Positions 34,601 through 38,367 of a DNA stretch of 38,367 nucleotides are shown here, piece after piece (the first letter of the stretch is position 1; every line of letters starts with the position of its first letter). The position numbers were made by a program, and so were the translations under genes. A model generated the notes under the pieces. The model ran no database searches. It saw only the letters and a program-made list of their open reading frames with translations, and was not told where the DNA came from. The stretch covers positions 1 through 38,367 of IMG/VR virus record IMGVR_UViG_3300027808_001469; one strand, written 5' to 3'. The DNA comes from a virus (taxonomy: Duplodnaviria > Caudoviricetes).

Positions 34601-35267
34601 GTTGTAAGTCTACCGCATCTTCAATATTTACTTTTTCAATCGTCATTGCAAGACGTTCATCAAATGTAAAATAGTGGTTCATTAAAATATTAATTGGGAA
34701 TCCTGGAACTTCTGCTCGTTTTGAGATATCAGCAGTAGAAGTAATTATACATCCATTTGATATAGATGTCAAATATAATGGACGCTTACCATTGCGATAA
34801 ACTAGCAACTTCTTATCACTGGTTAATTCGCAAACACCCATAGACATATCTGGGAATTCTTCCAGTGGTGAATCAGAATGCAATATCAATTCACTGTCAT
34901 TTTTAGTAGTGCAAGTATACCCATATAGTTCTTTCCAGTTTTCTGGCAACTCTTGGGTTATAACACCATTGTGAACAACAGCTTGATCTTGATTACCAAT
35001 TGGTTGGTTGAATTCTAAATCACTGGTACTATATCTACAATGCCCGATAAGATAAAGATTTCCATCTTCATTTACGTAACTTGGAAAGTTAAAGGGAAAC
35101 TCATCAGCAGGAACTGGTCGTTTGTCAATAACAATCTCGTTGTTCTTAACATAAGCAATGCCAGTAGCATGCAATCCTCGAATCTTAGACTCAAGGAATA
35201 CACGATGAAGCATTAAGAAATCCTCGGCATGAGGTTTTTTAATAATTGCTCCAATGACTCCGCACAT
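34587..35267 (-). CDS. Stand-alone class II (Ntn) glutamine amidotransferase
   Basis: N-terminal MCGVIG, RG..ATG, IGHCRYST, NQP, HNGVI, NDSE, RPL. Confidence 0.88.
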   Translation of the reverse strand: MCGVIGAIIKKPHAEDFLMLHRVFLESKIRGLHATGIAYVKNNEIVIDKRPVPADEFPFNFPSYVNEDGNLYLIGHCRYSTSDLEFNQPIGNQDQAVVHNGVITQELPENWKELYGYTCTTKNDSELILHSDSPLEEFPDMSMGVCELTSDKKLLVYRNGKRPLYLTSISNGCIITSTADISKRAEVPGFPINILMNHYFTFDERLAMTIEKVNIEDAVDLQHELC

Positions 35268-36592
35268 TAGAAGAATCCTTCAAGTGAATTTGCCTTTTGT
35301 GATTCTGGATGATACTTCATTAGAGTATCATTACCAAGTCTTGACTCAAGGTATTCATACCACTCATCAGACTCCCACATAGAAGAACTAACACCATTCC
35401 AAAGATGTCGTTGAGAACCATCTTCGTACTTTTGGTCTGGGTGTTCTTTGTTAAGTCTACGGTGTTCAACAAAGTCATAACGACAATCTTCATATTGTTT
35501 TGAACCCAACTCAAGCATCTTCTCACGAAAGTAAACAACCAAAGAGATTCTCTCTGCCACATTATCAAGCAATTGAATTTGAGTATTGCCATGCATTACT
35601 TCATGGTTGTTAATGAGTAATAGATCTCCAGGTCTTGGATTGACAGCAACACGATACTCTGGTGCTACCAAATAACAACCTGTATAGTTACCATTATTAG
35701 TTAGAGTCAATAGATTGGATAGACCAGCAGTAAAGTCACCAGCATCGCAATGGCATGCAGTTCTAAATGATTTGTTGACAGTAACAGTAGTGAATGGAGT
35801 TCCTGGAACCAAGAATGCAGGATCTAGTTTCTTTGCTGCTTCCATCTGATTGTTGTATCTCCATGGCAACAGGTCTTTAAAACCTTGAGCAAGTTGCTGT
35901 AAGAATGGATATGCCATGGCAAACTTTGCTGGTTCACGAGCAGTATAAGATGTTGCACGACCATAAGGAATACGAGGATAACGATCAAACCATCCAGCGA
36001 TACCAGACATAACACCATTGGCATAGGTAGTTGCGCATACATATGCTTTTTCAACTCGTCTGGCTTCAGTGACCATTTCAGATGTATCTAGTTTACGAAC
36101 TTTCTCAACCCATGCATTAAATACAAATCCGTCTTTCTTAACTGCTTGAATACCCCAAACATTATTTCTTGTGGATGGTTTGTCAGTCTTACCTTCATGT
36201 TTGGCTTTAATAACATCAATTGGATCTCCGTCCAACGATGCCTTTGGATTCAAGAAGTAATCAATAATTTCTGATTCGTATTCAGTGACCCACTCACGAT
36301 TACCTAACTTCTCTGCTCTTGGACCTGCAGCCATACCTCTGTTCTGAGTTTCAGTTGCTGCTTCACGAAGTCCAATATACGCTTGGTCTTGTTGTTCTTT
36401 ACTGAAGTAGTTCTTGCGGAACTTCAAAACAATTCTTTCCTCAGAGTATGTCATCTCTGGATGTCCTGGAATCTCTGGCATATAAACATCACAATCCTCT
36501 TCAATGAGGAAATCATAATTCGACTCATCTGGGAATTGACCCAGCATATGAGTCATATCAAGTTTCTCTTTTGCTACAATTACTTTTACCAT
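35267..36592 (-). CDS. TET/JBP-family 2OG-Fe(II) 5-methylpyrimidine dioxygenase
   Basis: FTTVTVNKSFRTACHCDAGD (HxD), HEVMHGNT, ERISLVVYFREKM. Confidence 0.85.
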   Translation of the reverse strand: MVKVIVAKEKLDMTHMLGQFPDESNYDFLIEEDCDVYMPEIPGHPEMTYSEERIVLKFRKNYFSKEQQDQAYIGLREAATETQNRGMAAGPRAEKLGNREWVTEYESEIIDYFLNPKASLDGDPIDVIKAKHEGKTDKPSTRNNVWGIQAVKKDGFVFNAWVEKVRKLDTSEMVTEARRVEKAYVCATTYANGVMSGIAGWFDRYPRIPYGRATSYTAREPAKFAMAYPFLQQLAQGFKDLLPWRYNNQMEAAKKLDPAFLVPGTPFTTVTVNKSFRTACHCDAGDFTAGLSNLLTLTNNGNYTGCYLVAPEYRVAVNPRPGDLLLINNHEVMHGNTQIQLLDNVAERISLVVYFREKMLELGSKQYEDCRYDFVEHRRLNKEHPDQKYEDGSQRHLWNGVSSSMWESDEWYEYLESRLGNDTLMKYHPESQKANSLEGFF

Positions 36593-36601
36593 AACTTTCT
36601 C

Positions 36602-37993
36602 CTAAAACTTAAATCCTTCGAACGATTCTGCTTTTTGTCTGCGACCAAAATTACTTTTATCAAACATTGGTTCATCATCATCAGTCTTTCCTGAGTCACT
36701 CAGCGTTTGTGCCGATGCTTCTACATCATACAGTTTCATCTTCGATCGATCAACTCCGATAACAAATCTCTTGTAAAGATTTAAATCGTTATATCGATTC
36801 TTTAACTGTTTAACAATAATCTGATTCAATGCTTCTAACTCTTCATTACTGACCAAAGCAAACATAAAGTCAGCTGTCGCTGGCAAGCCAAAAGATTCAG
36901 AGGTATCTTCAAGTCCTGGATCCGAGTTTGTGAATCCAGAACGAGTCGTTTGAGTAGCTGATACAATGGGAACATTATACTCAACTGCCAATCCTCTTAA
37001 TTCTTCTGCTATGCTCTTGATATATGTATAAGAGTTAATACTTCCACCTTGCTTCATTCGTTGACTCGCACAAATATTGAGATAGTCAACGAAGATAATA
37101 TCAGGTTTAAATTCTCGTTTCAGTTTTAGTTCTTCCAGCAAAGCACGAAAGTGACCAGCATGTGCGCTGGCAGTTGGGTATTCTTTGACGATTAACTTGC
37201 CTTTAGTCTTTTTTACAATCTTGGCAATACGACTTTCGTAGATATCCCTGTCAATAACTTTTAATTCATCCATGGTTAGGTTCAAAAGATTTGCATCAAT
37301 CCTTTCAGCGATGCGCTCTTCTGCCATTTCCATAGTTATGTATAAGACATTTTTTCCTTGGGTTAGGCAACCAGCACCAACGTGACACATAAACAAAGAC
37401 TTACCAACACCAGTGCCAGCAAGACAAATGTTAAGGGTTTTCTTTGATAGTCCACCCTTAGTGATTTTATTGAACATTTCAAGATCGAATGGAACTTTCT
37501 CTTCCACCCTATGATAAAAATCATACCTCTCATTATGGTCATCCAAATAGTCATGCCCAATATGATTATCAAATGAAACAGCAAGTGCATCAGAAAGAAT
37601 AGATGGAAGTGAATCAGTTGACTGAGCCTTGTCTTTACCATCAATGATTTGAATTGATTTAAGAATTGCATTATAAACTGCTCTGTCCTTACAAAACTTT
37701 TCAGTATTTTCTAACATCCAGTCTTCATTGACTGGTTCTTGGCTAAGTGTACCGATAAATTTGCCAAGGTCATCCAACTCTTTATCGTTGAGATCTTTCC
37801 TATTACTAATTTCAATCTGTAGGATTTCTTTGGATACTGGTTTGTTATACTTGGTGAAGAAAGAAACAATCTCGTCTGCTAAGATTACTTCTTTGCGCTC
37901 TGCAAAATATTCTTTCTTGATAAATGGAATTACTTTACGGCAATAGTTTTCATCAAATATCAGATTGCTCAGAATCTTTTGTTCTATTCGCAT
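36602..37993 (-). CDS. gp41: Replicative helicase gp41 (DnaB-like)
   Basis: AGTGVGKS, YITMEM, IFVDYLNI, SATQTTR, TSESFGLP, KQLKNRY; alternative GTG start at 38008. Confidence 0.97.
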   Translation of the reverse strand: MRIEQKILSNLIFDENYCRKVIPFIKKEYFAERKEVILADEIVSFFTKYNKPVSKEILQIEISNRKDLNDKELDDLGKFIGTLSQEPVNEDWMLENTEKFCKDRAVYNAILKSIQIIDGKDKAQSTDSLPSILSDALAVSFDNHIGHDYLDDHNERYDFYHRVEEKVPFDLEMFNKITKGGLSKKTLNICLAGTGVGKSLFMCHVGAGCLTQGKNVLYITMEMAEERIAERIDANLLNLTMDELKVIDRDIYESRIAKIVKKTKGKLIVKEYPTASAHAGHFRALLEELKLKREFKPDIIFVDYLNICASQRMKQGGSINSYTYIKSIAEELRGLAVEYNVPIVSATQTTRSGFTNSDPGLEDTSESFGLPATADFMFALVSNEELEALNQIIVKQLKNRYNDLNLYKRFVIGVDRSKMKLYDVEASAQTLSDSGKTDDDEPMFDKSNFGRRQKAESFEGFKF

Positions 37994-38285
37994 CAATTTC
38001 TGTTCCACCTGTGTATGTTAAATTGTTTTCTGCCACACCTTGATGTAGCAATTCTTGTAGTATATCACCTATGTATGCTTCAAAAGGTTTCATATCTGTC
38101 ATACCTTTATCAGCAGAATCAAGGATCTCATACTCAAACTTTAAATGCAAAGTATCATCCTGTTCATCGAATGACACCTTTCCATATGTATAAATTATAC
38201 CTTCAAAAGCACCTTCTGTCAATTTTATTGCTTGAAGACCACTGTGTCTATTCTCTGTAATAGTAATTGGTAGATTACTCTTCAT
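37953..38285 (-). CDS. gp40-like protein (by synteny uvsX-40-41)
   Basis: 110-aa acidic ORF immediately upstream of gp41. Confidence 0.5.
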   Translation of the reverse strand: MKSNLPITITENRHSGLQAIKLTEGAFEGIIYTYGKVSFDEQDDTLHLKFEYEILDSADKGMTDMKPFEAYIGDILQELLHQGVAENNLTYTGGTEIDANRTKDSEQSDI

Positions 38286-38367
38286 GGAATTCTAAGTCCT
38301 CTAGTGCTTTATCAAGACCATCAGATTGTAACATATCAGCCTGTCCCATTGAATACTTGTTCTTTAC
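38275..38367 (-). CDS. 3' end of upstream gene, probably UvsX recombinase (partial)
   Basis: VKNKYSMGQADMLQSDGLDKALEDLEFHEE*; position fits T4 gene order. Confidence 0.45.
   Translation of the reverse strand, partial: VKNKYSMGQADMLQSDGLDKALEDLEFHEE

Noticed and set aside
999-38260. Numerous plus-strand and nested alternative-frame ORFs
   Set aside because: Shadows of well-supported minus-strand genes, with no motifs, SDs or promoters noticed.
1-38367. Stop-codon reassignment (suggested by a Gln tRNA in a large phage)
   Set aside because: Anticodon is UUG, not CUA. Genes are intact in the standard code, and TAG/TGA end genes at natural positions (for example gp41 and the GT2).
1-38367. CRISPR array, transposase or integrase
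   Set aside because: No regularly spaced repeats or such motifs seen.

Overview
A 38 kb segment of a large T4-like (myovirus-type) phage genome, with essentially all real genes on the minus strand. The IscU/IscA sequences suggest a proteobacterial host (inference). In transcription order (right to left) it contains: the uvsX 3' end, a gp40-like gene and gp41 helicase; a DNA base hypermodification cassette (TET/JBP dioxygenase, class II glutamine amidotransferase, GNAT, aG/PT-pyrophosphorylase-type amino acid:DNA transferase, P-loop kinase); an HExxH protein and two PD-(D/E)xK-like proteins; five consecutive genes with T4 internal-protein-like N-terminal targeting motifs (including a ligase-like nucleotidyltransferase, a cytidylyltransferase fusion and modular polyprotein-like products); spanins; primase; thyX; nrdA/nrdB; iscU/iscA; a membrane-protein cluster; a PlcP-like phospholipase with a glycosyltransferase; small early genes (including an unlisted ArfA-like peptide); dsbA; RNase H; dCMP deaminase; and tRNA-Gln at the left edge. 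The most striking unannotated element is just upstream of the tRNA. A sigma70 promoter gives a leaderless 41-codon leader ORF whose end overlaps an antiterminator that is mutually exclusive with an intrinsic terminator, followed by a boxA-like motif. This looks like a translation-sensing attenuator controlling phage tRNA expression. All family calls come from motif recognition by eye; no database searches were run.
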